A DNA stretch of 25,676 nt from positions 1 to 25,676 of the IMG/VR virus record IMGVR_UViG_3300038318_000510. One strand, written 5' to 3'. Numbering within the stretch: the first letter of the stretch is position 1; each line of letters opens with the position of its first letter. This stretch comes from a virus (taxonomy: Duplodnaviria; Caudoviricetes). Position numbers and translations under genes: made by a program. Under the pieces are notes generated by a model, which ran no database searches, was not told the DNA's origin, and saw only the letters and a program-made list of their open reading frames with translations. This document shows positions 1 to 9,617 of the stretch, in pieces.

Positions 1-3000
1 TTGGATATATATGGAAAACTTTGTGGAAAAATAAGTGCTATTAACGCTAACACTCTTAAAGTAACATTCAACCAAGCAGCAGATGTTGAAGATGTTGAAC
101 TAGCAGTTACTAGAGGAACTACTAAAGTAGCTGGAACTTTCAAATGGAGTGAAGAAAACAAAGTAGCAACATTTGAAGCTGACGGTAAACTAGTAAAAGG
201 AACTTACACAGTAACAGCTACATCTAAAGCAGATGCAGACTTTAAAGCTACAGGAACTGTTGAAGTAACTGATCAAAAAACAGCTAAAATAGTAATAGAG
301 AATGACGTTGCTTTAACAAGTGATGAAAAAGGACAAGAAAGAAAACAAGCATTTGCATTTTACGATGTAGTAGACCAATATGGTGAATCAGTAAGAGCTA
401 CAACAAATATCACTTGGACGGCAAGTGTAAAAGAAGTAAAGGCAGATAGAACAACGGGACAACTTACGTTAACAAAAGGTGACGGTAATGAGTTCATGTT
501 CAACGAGAAAGTATACATCACGGGAGTAGATACTAAAAATGGTATCTCAGTACAAAAAGAATTAACAATAGGTCAAGCAAGATCATTAGATACTTTAGAA
601 ATTGCAGGATTTGTTAAAAAAGGTACTTCAAAGATAGTAGAAGAATTACCAGCTGGATTTAAGGCAGGAGAATATTCTATGGTATTTGAAGCACTAGACC
701 AAAATGGTAATGTTTATCCAGCAGACAAAGTTTCAGATGCTGATGTAACTTTTGTTTCAGATAATCCATTATTAATAGAAAAAGCATCAGAAGAAGTAAC
801 GAAACTAGTAATAGATGGAGTAGACTACTCAGCAGTAGAAATAACTCCAGGAATGAACCTTGATAAAGGTGGAGAAGTAAACATCACTGCTATAGCTAAG
901 AAAACTGGTAAGCAAACAGTTAAAAATATAGTAGTAGGTGATGTAGCAATACTAGATAGCTTTGAAATGCTAGATCCTTCAGGAATAATAGCAGAAGGAG
1001 AAATAGTAGAAATACCATTTGAAGCAAAAGCTGGTGGCCAAGAAATCACTAACTTCACAACTTTAGCAAGAAAAGCAGGAATAAACGAACTAAAATTAAA
1101 CAAACCATCAACAGGAAGCTTAATACTAAAAGAAAACAACGACGGTACAGCTAAATTATTATACATTCCAGACCCTGCATCATATGCTTGGGATAAATCA
1201 GAAACTACAGATGGACTTGATAGACCAGTTTCATTAACTACAGTAGTAGTAGGTGGAAATGCATCAAATATCATGCTAAATGTAGCAGATAAAGCAAGAC
1301 CAGTAGGAATCAAATCTGTAGACTTTGATAATACATTAGTAGAAAAAGGCGAAACAACAATAACATTATCAAAAGATGCTACTAATAGTTTCACATTCGT
1401 AGACCAATATGGAAGAGAAATGACTAAAGAACTAGCTTATGAATTCTTTGAAGCAGCTGAAGAAGATAAATTCCAATCTGGAACAGAGCTAAAAGACTAT
1501 AAATACTCAATCAAAGCAACATATAAAGGTGAAGATGGAGTATTTAAAGTTAACAATGTTGAGCTTAAAAACAAAGATGCTTTCGAAATAAAAGCAGCAG
1601 CAAGTAATAACACGTTAACATTAGTGGCAGAACAAGAAGTAACAGGTACAGCAAAATCAAACATGGCATTAGATTTTGAGATTATTAGATATAATAAGGC
1701 TGGAACTGCTAACTTTAAAGATGCAGACTTTGACTACACACCAGTAAGTTCAAAGAAAAATGTAGCATTAACAGTTGTAGACATTACAGCAGTTAAAAAC
1801 TTTGAAGTAAAAGAATTACCAAGATTACAAGTAGTTACAAGTAACTCACAATATCCAACAGGAGCAACAATTGATGGTGAATTAAAAGATGGAATGACAA
1901 CAAAAAATGCAGGTTCATTAGAAATTCCAGCTAAAAAAGAAGTTAAAGTAACAGCAGATTACAATGGTAAAGCAGTAACTATACCTGCAGATTATTTAAC
2001 ATTAGAAAGTAATCAATTAAACATTGATGGTGATAACAAAATAACTAATGTTAAAGATTATGTAGCAGCTAGTTCAGGAACAACGGGATCACCTGAAGTA
2101 AGAGGAGTGAACCAAGTTGTAACTATAACAGTTAGTGGTACAGCTACACAAGGAGGAGATATCACTATTAGTGATGGAACTAATAATGTAAAAGTAGCTG
2201 TAGCTGAAAACGATGATGAAGCTGCAGTTGCTGAAAAAATCAGAACTGCAATTGATAATGATTCAAGTTTCATTTTCTCAGCAGATACTACAGAAACAGG
2301 TGCTACAGTAACATTAACAGCTGATGAGCAAAAAGATGATGTAACTATAACATTTGCTGATGCAGATCCTACTACAGGCGTAACTGTATCAATAAAAACA
2401 ACAATCAATGGTAAAGCAGCAGTACCAGCAGTACCAGCAACATCAGCTACACCACAACAAGGCTTTACTTGGGGAGATTTCTATGATGCTAAAACAGCAA
2501 ACTTCCTAAGAAAAGACGCTAAAGCAACTGTAACAGCAAAAGTTTACAAAGGTGAAGATAAAGCACCTGAAAATATGATAAACACAGCTAAGAGAACAAT
2601 ATTACTTTCAGATGCAAAAGCAGTAGCAACAACAATAGAAGGACCAGAAACATTGACAGTAAACCCAAATACTACTAATATCACAGTTGCAGCAAATATA
2701 AAAGGTGCTTACAAAGTATTAGACCAATATGGTGAAGACTTTACAGCAGATAATATTAGCTACAAAGCAATCAATGTTGAAGAAAACAAAGATGGTTATG
2801 TAGATAATAACTTCAAGGTAACTAAGAACGATACAACAGAATTAGCAATAGAAGGGGCAGAAAGAGGAGATACATTTACTCTTGAATTACGTTCTGGAGA
2901 TGCTAAGAAGACAGTAAAAGTAACAGTAGGAGCAGATCTATATGCTAATATTACAAATGGTGATAACAACTATTTAAAGAAATTAATAGGTGATGAAAAA

Positions 3001-3042
3001 GGTAGTGGTTTAGAAAGCCAAAGATTAAACTCACTTAAGTAA
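1..3042 (+). CDS. S-layer protein-like C-terminal region (headless cassette 1); S-layer-like sequence starts at about 34
   Basis: 1013-codon frame rich in T/V/A/K/D/E with repeated DQYG/DQNG motifs typical of Ig-like S-layer domains. No His, and no Cys after codon 8. No signal peptide or SLH repeat. The first 11 codons (MDIYGKLCGKI) look unrelated to the rest. Upstream sequence is outside the window. Confidence 0.7.
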   Translation: MDIYGKLCGKISAINANTLKVTFNQAADVEDVELAVTRGTTKVAGTFKWSEENKVATFEADGKLVKGTYTVTATSKADADFKATGTVEVTDQKTAKIVIENDVALTSDEKGQERKQAFAFYDVVDQYGESVRATTNITWTASVKEVKADRTTGQLTLTKGDGNEFMFNEKVYITGVDTKNGISVQKELTIGQARSLDTLEIAGFVKKGTSKIVEELPAGFKAGEYSMVFEALDQNGNVYPADKVSDADVTFVSDNPLLIEKASEEVTKLVIDGVDYSAVEITPGMNLDKGGEVNITAIAKKTGKQTVKNIVVGDVAILDSFEMLDPSGIIAEGEIVEIPFEAKAGGQEITNFTTLARKAGINELKLNKPSTGSLILKENNDGTAKLLYIPDPASYAWDKSETTDGLDRPVSLTTVVVGGNASNIMLNVADKARPVGIKSVDFDNTLVEKGETTITLSKDATNSFTFVDQYGREMTKELAYEFFEAAEEDKFQSGTELKDYKYSIKATYKGEDGVFKVNNVELKNKDAFEIKAAASNNTLTLVAEQEVTGTAKSNMALDFEIIRYNKAGTANFKDADFDYTPVSSKKNVALTVVDITAVKNFEVKELPRLQVVTSNSQYPTGATIDGELKDGMTTKNAGSLEIPAKKEVKVTADYNGKAVTIPADYLTLESNQLNIDGDNKITNVKDYVAASSGTTGSPEVRGVNQVVTITVSGTATQGGDITISDGTNNVKVAVAENDDEAAVAEKIRTAIDNDSSFIFSADTTETGATVTLTADEQKDDVTITFADADPTTGVTVSIKTTINGKAAVPAVPATSATPQQGFTWGDFYDAKTANFLRKDAKATVTAKVYKGEDKAPENMINTAKRTILLSDAKAVATTIEGPETLTVNPNTTNITVAANIKGAYKVLDQYGEDFTADNISYKAINVEENKDGYVDNNFKVTKNDTTELAIEGAERGDTFTLELRSGDAKKTVKVTVGADLYANITNGDNNYLKKLIGDEKGSGLESQRLNSLK
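35..45 (+). repeat. GTGCTATTAAC direct repeat copy 1 (candidate att/crossover core)
   Basis: Identical to 23314-23324; both copies sit at the 5' extremity of an S-layer-like frame in the same codon phase. Confidence 0.65.
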
Positions 3043-3046
3043 TAAT

Positions 3047-3088
3047 CAAAAGAACTCCAAGGATAGAAATATCTTTGGAGTTCTTTTG
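3047..3088 (+). terminator. Strong intrinsic terminator, probably bidirectional
   Basis: CAAAAGAACTCCAAGGATA-GAAA-TATCTTTGGAGTTCTTTTG: 19-bp stem with one G-U pair, right after the stop of ORF 1..3042. Confidence 0.9.
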
Positions 3089-4548
3089 GCTCTTTGTCAA
3101 GTGTTGGGGTGCGATTCCATTGAGTCGTGCTCCAGTACTAGACTTAGGGCTATTTTAATGTCTACATATATTTAGGAGTGTTTTTAGGCACACTTAATAA
3201 ACCTGCCATTATTTAATTTAAAAAAATCGTACTATCCACATGTATGTAAAATTCTGTTTCTAAATCTACTAAAGTTTTTTATACCATAAGAAACTCTTTT
3301 TAGAACTTTAATCTTATTGTTATAACCTTTTCTGTTGGACCATTTGTATACTTATATTTAAAAGCATTCAATATTTCCTTATACCAGCGTCTATAAGTAT
3401 TGGCTACATCTTCAAAATCCTTTATTCCAGAGCTCTCTGCATTTTTAATCCAATTAGTGAACTCGCTTCTAATTATTGAATAACGCTTTTCTTTACAAAT
3501 CTTATAAAACCATTCTTTTAAGAAATGAGCTTTTCTAAGATCGTCATTGTATAGAAGCATTAAGTCGCACCTTTCCTTTTGCTCATGATCTAGCGTGTCA
3601 TAAGGTTTAAGAATCAGTCTTTTGCTATTTTTATAGTATTTTCTTAGTTTAACAGGCATTGTTTTTTGTAGCCTTCTTCTAATTCGATCAATAGCCCAAG
3701 ATATTTGTCTAACGAAATGATACTTATCTACAATGATCTTTGCATTTTTAAAGAATGTTTTTGCAATGTCTCTGTAAGGCTCCCACATATCTGTAACAAA
3801 AAACTTAGTTTTTAGTCGTTCATTTCTTGGTATATCAAGGAAATATTCGTATAAATGAGACTGCGTCCTATCTGGCAAGATATCAATTACATGTTCATGT
3901 TTTCTAGCCCCGTTGACTAATATACATTGAAATTTACCTGTTTCAGCATTTCCTCTAAACTCATCTATGCAGAGTACTTTAGGCATCTTAGTTGGTTTAG
4001 GGTAGCTAATTCGATTGAAAGTTCTAATAACAGTAGGTATGGATACATTAGCTTGCTTGGCAACATGTGTATAGCTTACTGTTTCTCGGAGCTGGTGACA
4101 AATATACATGATTAGCTGCTTTGTCATTCGTTGATATCTGGGTAACCAAGGATAGTTCTCATAAAAGCGTTTACCACATAAGCAAGCATAACGCCTTTTC
4201 CTCAAAATCAGAATAGATGAATTAATTCCAAAGGGTATATGCTTTATCCTTTGATAACGATAATCATGAACCCTTGAAGTTGAGTTACCACACTTGGGAC
4301 AGATATGAGCATGAGGTTTTGTTTCTAACATAACAAATGTTGTATTGGATAGTTCAAGTGAAACCTTTTTAATAATTACCTCTTCAACTTGAAGAAGATT
4401 TTTGATATAATTAGGGTACACTTATAAAACACCTTCTTTCTTTTTTTCTCGTTGTGGAATACGAAAGTAATGGCAGGTGGTTTATAAGTGTATTTTAATA
4501 TAAAAAAATGCTGGAGTGAAGTACCACCCCAACATTTATTATAGAACC
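3088..4548 (-). mobile_element. ISL3-family insertion sequence (1461 bp)
   Basis: Terminal IRs GGCTCTTTGTCAAGTGTTGGGGTG (3088-3111) and GGTTCTATAATAAATGTTGGGGTG (reverse complement of 4525-4548) match 18/24 and enclose an ISL3 transposase; no flanking duplication. Confidence 0.9.
3232..4421 (-). pseudogene. ISL3 transposase, frameshifted near the C-terminus
   Basis: N-terminal zinc finger (CPKCG...CLCGK) and IDEF, TDMWEPY, DKYH and TNGPTE motifs. The expected tail GYNNKIKVLKRVSYGIKNFSRFRNRILHTCG* continues in another frame after 2 extra A at 3328-3331. Confidence 0.85.
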
Positions 4549-4549
4549 A

Positions 4550-5074
4550 CCAGAGGAGAATTTAGATTTAAGGGTGAGAAGGGACCATGTTCCTTATGAT
4601 ATTTGGAAGAGCCAAGGCTATCTTAAAACTACTGAAGGGAATGTTATACACTATGGTTTTATAGAGAAATTCATAGAAGAACTATGGAAGGACTATAACA
4701 TTAAAGAAATAGCCTTTGATAGATGGGGAGCAGTGCAAATGACTCAAAACCTAGAAGGTGCAGGATTTACAGTAGTTCCCTTTGGGCAAGGGTATAAAGA
4801 TATGAGTCCACCTACAAAGGAACTTATGAAATTAACACTGGAAAAGAAAATAGCCCATGGTGAACACCCAGTACTATCCTGGATGATGGACAATATTCAT
4901 GTAAGAACCGATCCAGCTGGAAATATAAAGCCTGATAAGGAAAAATCCACTGAAAAAATAGATGGTGCTGTTGCTTTAATTATGGCATTAGATAGAGCAA
5001 TAAGAAATGAAGGAAGTAAGTTTGACTTAAATGAGTATTCAACAGAAGAAATGCTAGACAAACTTTGGGGTTAG
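4550..5074 (+). pseudogene. terL: Terminase large subunit, C-terminal nuclease fragment only
   Basis: Frame reads PEENLDLRVRRDHVPYDIW directly from the IS end and contains FDRWGA, QGYKDMSPPTK and KIDGAVALIMA; the ATPase half is absent. Confidence 0.88.
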
Positions 5075-5087
5075 GGGGTGATGGTAT

Positions 5088-6368
5088 TTGAATGTATTTA
5101 ATAAGTTAAAGAATATATTTAGTCCTAAAGCTGAAGCGTTACCAGAGGAAATATCATTAAATGATAGAAGGCTTTTAGAAATATTGGGAGTTGAAAATAG
5201 CGAGCTTAATTACAAAGGTAAAAATGCACTAAAGGAAGCAACTGTGTTTTCCTGTATTAGAATATTGGCTGATAGCATAGGTAAACTTCCTACTAAAGTA
5301 TATAAAAATAATAATGGAAGGCAAAGTGCGACAGAACATTATCTAACCCCAATTTTAAAGATTAGACCTAATCCGTGGATGAGTGCCAGGGATTTTTTTA
5401 AGGCTTTAGAAGTTCAGAGAAATATCTATGGAAATGCTTATGCTTGGATTGAATTTGAAACAGTTGGTAAAAATGCAGGTCATGTTACAGGAATATATCC
5501 CTTAGATAGTTCTAAAGTAGAAATATATATTGATGATATAGGACTACTACCTCATAAAGGTAGACTTTGGTATGTTTACACCGATAAAAAAGGTACTCAG
5601 TATAGGATTGATCCTGATGAGATGTTACATTTCAAGGGACTAACCAGCGATGGAATATTGGGTATGACTCCATTAGAACAACTTAAAAACACCATAGAAA
5701 ATGCAGGAGCTGCAAGTGAATATTTAAATAACTCTTTTAAAACTGGGCTTCAAACCAAAGGAATTATTCACTATATAGGAGATTTAAACCCAGAGGCCCA
5801 AAGAGTATTTAGAGAGAGATTTGAACAGATGGCCAGTGGACTTAAAAATGCCAATAGGGTATCCCTTCTTCCTATAGGATATCAATTTCAGCCTTTAAGT
5901 TTAACCATGGCAGATGCCCAGTTTATAGAAAACACTCAGCTTACCGTAAAGCAAATAGCTGCAGCCTTTGGAATAAAGAACCATCAAATAAATGACCTAG
6001 ATAGAGCAACTCATACCAATGTGGAATATCAGCAAAGGGAATTTTATGTAGATACACTAATGGATATTCTAACTGGCTATGAACAGGAATTAACATATAA
6101 GCTATTCACCAATAAGGAATTAGAAGAAGGCTACTACATTAAGTTTAATGTAAATGCCATTTTAAGAGCAGATCCAAAGACTAGATATGAAGGATATCGA
6201 ATTGCAATTCAATCAGGCTTCTTAACAGCTAATGAAGTTAGAGCTTTAGAAGAATTAGAATCTAAAGAAGGAGGAGATAGACTTTTAATCAATGGAAATA
6301 TGATGCCTATTGAAATGGCAGGTGAGCAGTATAAAAGAGGTGGTGATGAAATTGGGAAAGAAGAATAA
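5088..6368 (+). CDS. Phage portal protein (HK97 family)
   Basis: Motifs TVFSCIRILADSIGKLP, RPNPWM, GNAYA, LHFK, IAAAFG and LTANEVRALEEL; follows terL. Confidence 0.93.
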   Translation: MNVFNKLKNIFSPKAEALPEEISLNDRRLLEILGVENSELNYKGKNALKEATVFSCIRILADSIGKLPTKVYKNNNGRQSATEHYLTPILKIRPNPWMSARDFFKALEVQRNIYGNAYAWIEFETVGKNAGHVTGIYPLDSSKVEIYIDDIGLLPHKGRLWYVYTDKKGTQYRIDPDEMLHFKGLTSDGILGMTPLEQLKNTIENAGAASEYLNNSFKTGLQTKGIIHYIGDLNPEAQRVFRERFEQMASGLKNANRVSLLPIGYQFQPLSLTMADAQFIENTQLTVKQIAAAFGIKNHQINDLDRATHTNVEYQQREFYVDTLMDILTGYEQELTYKLFTNKELEEGYYIKFNVNAILRADPKTRYEGYRIAIQSGFLTANEVRALEELESKEGGDRLLINGNMMPIEMAGEQYKRGGDEIGKEE

Positions 6369-7062
6369 AAGGTTTTGGAACTTTAAAGCCATAGATAAAA
6401 CTACTGGAGAATTAACCCTCTATGGTGAAATATCAAATGAAACTTGGTGGGGAGATGAAGTAACACCTAAAGAGTTTAAAGCTGACTTAGATAATCTTGG
6501 GGAAATAGACACACTAAATATCTACATTAACTCTCCAGGAGGTGATGTATTTGCAGGTCAGACTATTTACTCTATCTTAAAAAGACATAAGGCACATAAA
6601 AATATATATATTGATGGGTTAGCTGCAAGTATTGCTTCAGTTATAGCTATGGCAGGCAATACTATTTTTATGCCTAAAAATGCCATGATGATGATTCATA
6701 ATCCTTGGACTGTAGGCATGGGTAATGCAGATGAGTTTAGAAAACTAGCTGAAGACTTAGATAAAATCCGAGAAAGCCTTATTGCAGCTTATGAAAATCA
6801 CTCGGTACTAACAAGAGATGAGATTATAGAGATTATGGATAGTGAAACTTGGCTAACAGCTACAGAATGTGAAGAATATGGATTTTGTGATGTGGTAGAG
6901 GAAGAAAAGAATATGGTTGCTTCTATAGATGTAGAGGTATTAGGAAGATATAGAAATACACCAAAGGTGTTTTTAACTGAAGAACCAAAATCAGAGAAGA
7001 ATGGACAGAACAAAGAACGAGAATTACTAAAGCAAAAATTATTAATTGAACTAGAGCTTTAG
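6352..7062 (+). CDS. ClpP-like head maturation protease
   Basis: INSPGGDVF, DGLAASIASVI, MMIHNP and ETWLTA motifs. Start is likely TTG 6352 or ATG 6346 after GAGGTGGTG. Confidence 0.92.
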   Translation: MGKKNKRFWNFKAIDKTTGELTLYGEISNETWWGDEVTPKEFKADLDNLGEIDTLNIYINSPGGDVFAGQTIYSILKRHKAHKNIYIDGLAASIASVIAMAGNTIFMPKNAMMMIHNPWTVGMGNADEFRKLAEDLDKIRESLIAAYENHSVLTRDEIIEIMDSETWLTATECEEYGFCDVVEEEKNMVASIDVEVLGRYRNTPKVFLTEEPKSEKNGQNKERELLKQKLLIELEL

Positions 7063-7097
7063 GCTCTTTTTTTATTTCAGAAAGGATGGGATGAATT

Positions 7098-8279
7098 ATG
7101 AGTAAAGAATTAAGAGAAATGCTTCAAGAACTAGAATCAAAGAAAGCAAAGGTAAGAGCACTTCTAGGAGAAGATAAAGTCCATGATGCTGAAAAACTAA
7201 TGGAAGAAGTAAGAGCCTTACAAAAGAAAGTGGCCCTTCAGCAGGAATTAGAGGCAGCTGAAAAGTTTGATTTGGAAGATGCCACACCACTTAATGATAA
7301 CAGCGATACTGATAAAGACCTAGAAGCAGAATATAAACGAGTATTCTTAAAAGGATTAAGGAAACAGAGAATTACTGCAGATGATTACAGCATTATTAAT
7401 GAATATAAGGCTGCTATGCATGAAGGTGGAGTAAGCACTGACCCTGATGGGGATATGGGAATTATTGTCCCAGAGGATATACAAACAAAAATTAATGAGC
7501 TTATGAGAAGTATGAATGATTTATCTAAAATTATTCGAGTTGAAAAGGTAAAGGCATTATCTGGTTCTAGAGTTTTAGAAAAAGACGAGGATATGGTTCC
7601 TTTTCAAGTAGTAGATGAGTATGGAGAAATTAAAGAGATGGATAATCCTAAATTTACACCAGTAACATATAAGCTTGTAAAAAGAGCAGGGTTTTTACCA
7701 ATTACCAATGAGTTATTAAAGGATAGTGACCAAAATATTATAGCCTATGTAACAAGATGGATAGCCAAAAAGCATGTGGTGACTAAAAATAGTTTAATTA
7801 TAGAGATATTAAAGTCTCTATCCAGTAAAGATTTAAAAGACATTAAGGCTATTAAGAAAGTATTAAATGTAGATTTAGATCCTGCATTAAGTCTATCCAG
7901 TACAATCATTACCAATCAAGATGGATTTCAATGGCTAGATGAACAGGAAGATGGTAATGGTAGACCACTTCTTCAAGATGATATTACTCAGACTGGAAAG
8001 AAACTGTTCAAAGGCAGACCAATTGCAGTAGTAGCCAATAGAACATTACCTTCCACTGGAACTACCACTGTAAAAGCTCCATTTATAGTTGGAAACTTTA
8101 AGGAATTAATGGTTCTATTTAATCAAGGAGTTTATGAACTAGCTTCTACAACTACTGGTGGAGACGCTTGGAGAAGAGATACTACTGAACTTAGAACCAT
8201 TACAAGAGATGATTGTGTGAAATGGGATACAGATGCAGCAGTATTTGGAAAGCTTACAATTTCAACAACTGGAGCTTAA
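7098..8279 (+). CDS. Major capsid protein (HK97 fold)
   Basis: N-terminal coiled-coil scaffold domain; IVPEDIQTKI, ITNELLKDSD and DGNGRPLLQ motifs; position in the head module. Confidence 0.92.
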   Translation: MSKELREMLQELESKKAKVRALLGEDKVHDAEKLMEEVRALQKKVALQQELEAAEKFDLEDATPLNDNSDTDKDLEAEYKRVFLKGLRKQRITADDYSIINEYKAAMHEGGVSTDPDGDMGIIVPEDIQTKINELMRSMNDLSKIIRVEKVKALSGSRVLEKDEDMVPFQVVDEYGEIKEMDNPKFTPVTYKLVKRAGFLPITNELLKDSDQNIIAYVTRWIAKKHVVTKNSLIIEILKSLSSKDLKDIKAIKKVLNVDLDPALSLSSTIITNQDGFQWLDEQEDGNGRPLLQDDITQTGKKLFKGRPIAVVANRTLPSTGTTTVKAPFIVGNFKELMVLFNQGVYELASTTTGGDAWRRDTTELRTITRDDCVKWDTDAAVFGKLTISTTGA

Positions 8280-8280
8280 G

Positions 8281-8302
8281 GGGTGGGAAATCCACTCCTT
8301 TT
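8281..8302 (+). terminator. Weak terminator-like hairpin after the capsid gene
   Basis: GGGTGG-GAAAT-CCACTC followed by CTTTT. Confidence 0.45.
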
Positions 8303-8316
8303 GGAGGTGATAAGCC

Positions 8317-8607
8317 TTGCTAATTACACTAAAAGAAACTAAAGAATATTTAAGAGTAGATGGAGATGAAGATGATAGTTTAATAGAATCCCTAATAAAT
8401 GCTTCAGAAGAGTATCTTAAAAATGCCACAGGAAAAACCTTTGATAGTACAAACCCTTTAGCTAGGCTATTTTGCTTAGTTCTAGTAGTAGATTGGTATG
8501 AAAACCGAGGTTTAACTGCTGGAAAGGTAGGCCAAAAGATAAGGCCTGTAATTGATAGTATGCTTACACAGCTTAATTACTGTTATCCAGAGGAGATGGT
8601 GGAATGA
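8317..8607 (+). CDS. Head-tail connector (gp6-like)
   Basis: TLKETKEYLRVDGDEDDSLIESLI...WYENR. Confidence 0.88.
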   Translation: MLITLKETKEYLRVDGDEDDSLIESLINASEEYLKNATGKTFDSTNPLARLFCLVLVVDWYENRGLTAGKVGQKIRPVIDSMLTQLNYCYPEEMVE

Positions 8608-8930
8608 ATCCAGGTGAACTAAATAAAAGAATTACCCTTCAAAGATTAAATACCACCACCAATGAGAATGGCTTTGAAGTTGAAGATTGGAAGGATTTTA
8701 AAACTGTATGGGCAGCTGTTACCAATCTTCATGGAAGAGAATACTTTGAAGCTGCAACAGTGCAAAGAGAAAACACAGTTAAGTTTACTATTCGCTACCT
8801 TAAAAATATAGACACCTCTATGAGGATACTCTTTCAAGGGAAACAATATAACATCACTGCCGTTGATAATATTAAATACAAAAATGTGTATATGGAAATT
8901 AAGGCATTGGAGGTGGATAAGAGTGGCTGA
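8604..8930 (+). CDS. Head closure / head-tail joining protein
   Basis: MNPGELNKRITLQ...WA...GREYFEA...FTIRY. Confidence 0.88.
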   Translation: MNPGELNKRITLQRLNTTTNENGFEVEDWKDFKTVWAAVTNLHGREYFEAATVQRENTVKFTIRYLKNIDTSMRILFQGKQYNITAVDNIKYKNVYMEIKALEVDKSG

Positions 8931-9294
8931 TATGAAGTTAGAAGGAATGGAGAATTTGTTATCTGAAATTGAAAAGCTTGGTAAGACTGGTTCTAGAATT
9001 GAAAATAAAGCATTAAGGGAAGCTGGAGATGTAGTAAAAGAAGCCATTCAAAAGGAAGCACCAATAATAACTGGAAAGTTAAAGGAAAGCATAAATGTAT
9101 CTAGGGTGAAGAATAAGGATGGAGCAAAGCATGTGGAAGTAGGGCCTAATAAGGATGTTTTTTATAGTAGATTTGTGGAATTTGGTACTGTGAAGATGAA
9201 GGCTAATCCCTTTATGGCTAGAGGATATGAAACTTCTAAAGAAAATGCCATGGAGACAATTGAGAAAAGTTTAAAAGAAGGATTAGGGCTATGA
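8923..9294 (+). CDS. HK97 gp10-family protein
   Basis: APIITGKLKESI and FVEFGTVKMKANPFM; GTG start at 8923 after GGAGGTG. Confidence 0.85.
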   Translation: MADMKLEGMENLLSEIEKLGKTGSRIENKALREAGDVVKEAIQKEAPIITGKLKESINVSRVKNKDGAKHVEVGPNKDVFYSRFVEFGTVKMKANPFMARGYETSKENAMETIEKSLKEGLGL

Positions 9295-9617
9295 GTATAA
9301 ATAAAGAAGTTTTATCAGCATTAAAAGATATTCATGTTCCAGTAAGATTTCAAACTTATACAGGTAATGTTGAAACATATATCACCTTTTTCACTTATCT
9401 AGATAGGCCAGAACAACACGCTGATGATTTAGAAATTGCTACTGGTTACTACGTGCAAATTGATTTATGGAGCAAGGGCGATTACACTGAAATTGCAAAA
9501 GAAGTACACCAAAGTATGCTAACAGCCAATTTTACTAAATTAAACTTTTATGATTTATATGAAGAGGATTTAAAGATATATCACAAAGTAATGAGATTTT
9601 TTAAGGAGGTTATGTAA
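9291..9617 (+). CDS. Tail completion / terminator protein
   Basis: Position before the major tail gene; YITF, VQIDLWS and YHKVMRF. Confidence 0.7.
   Translation: MSINKEVLSALKDIHVPVRFQTYTGNVETYITFFTYLDRPEQHADDLEIATGYYVQIDLWSKGDYTEIAKEVHQSMLTANFTKLNFYDLYEEDLKIYHKVMRFFKEVM

Noticed and set aside
825-2408. Minus-strand ORFs 825-1394 and 2058-2408 (likewise 24920-25288, 23796-24023, 23234-23473)
   Set aside because: Antisense shadows of biased S-layer codon usage; no recognisable motifs
4574-5074. 166-aa ORF as a standalone gene
   Set aside because: Terminase-like sequence continues upstream of the GTG to the IS end, so it is a fragment
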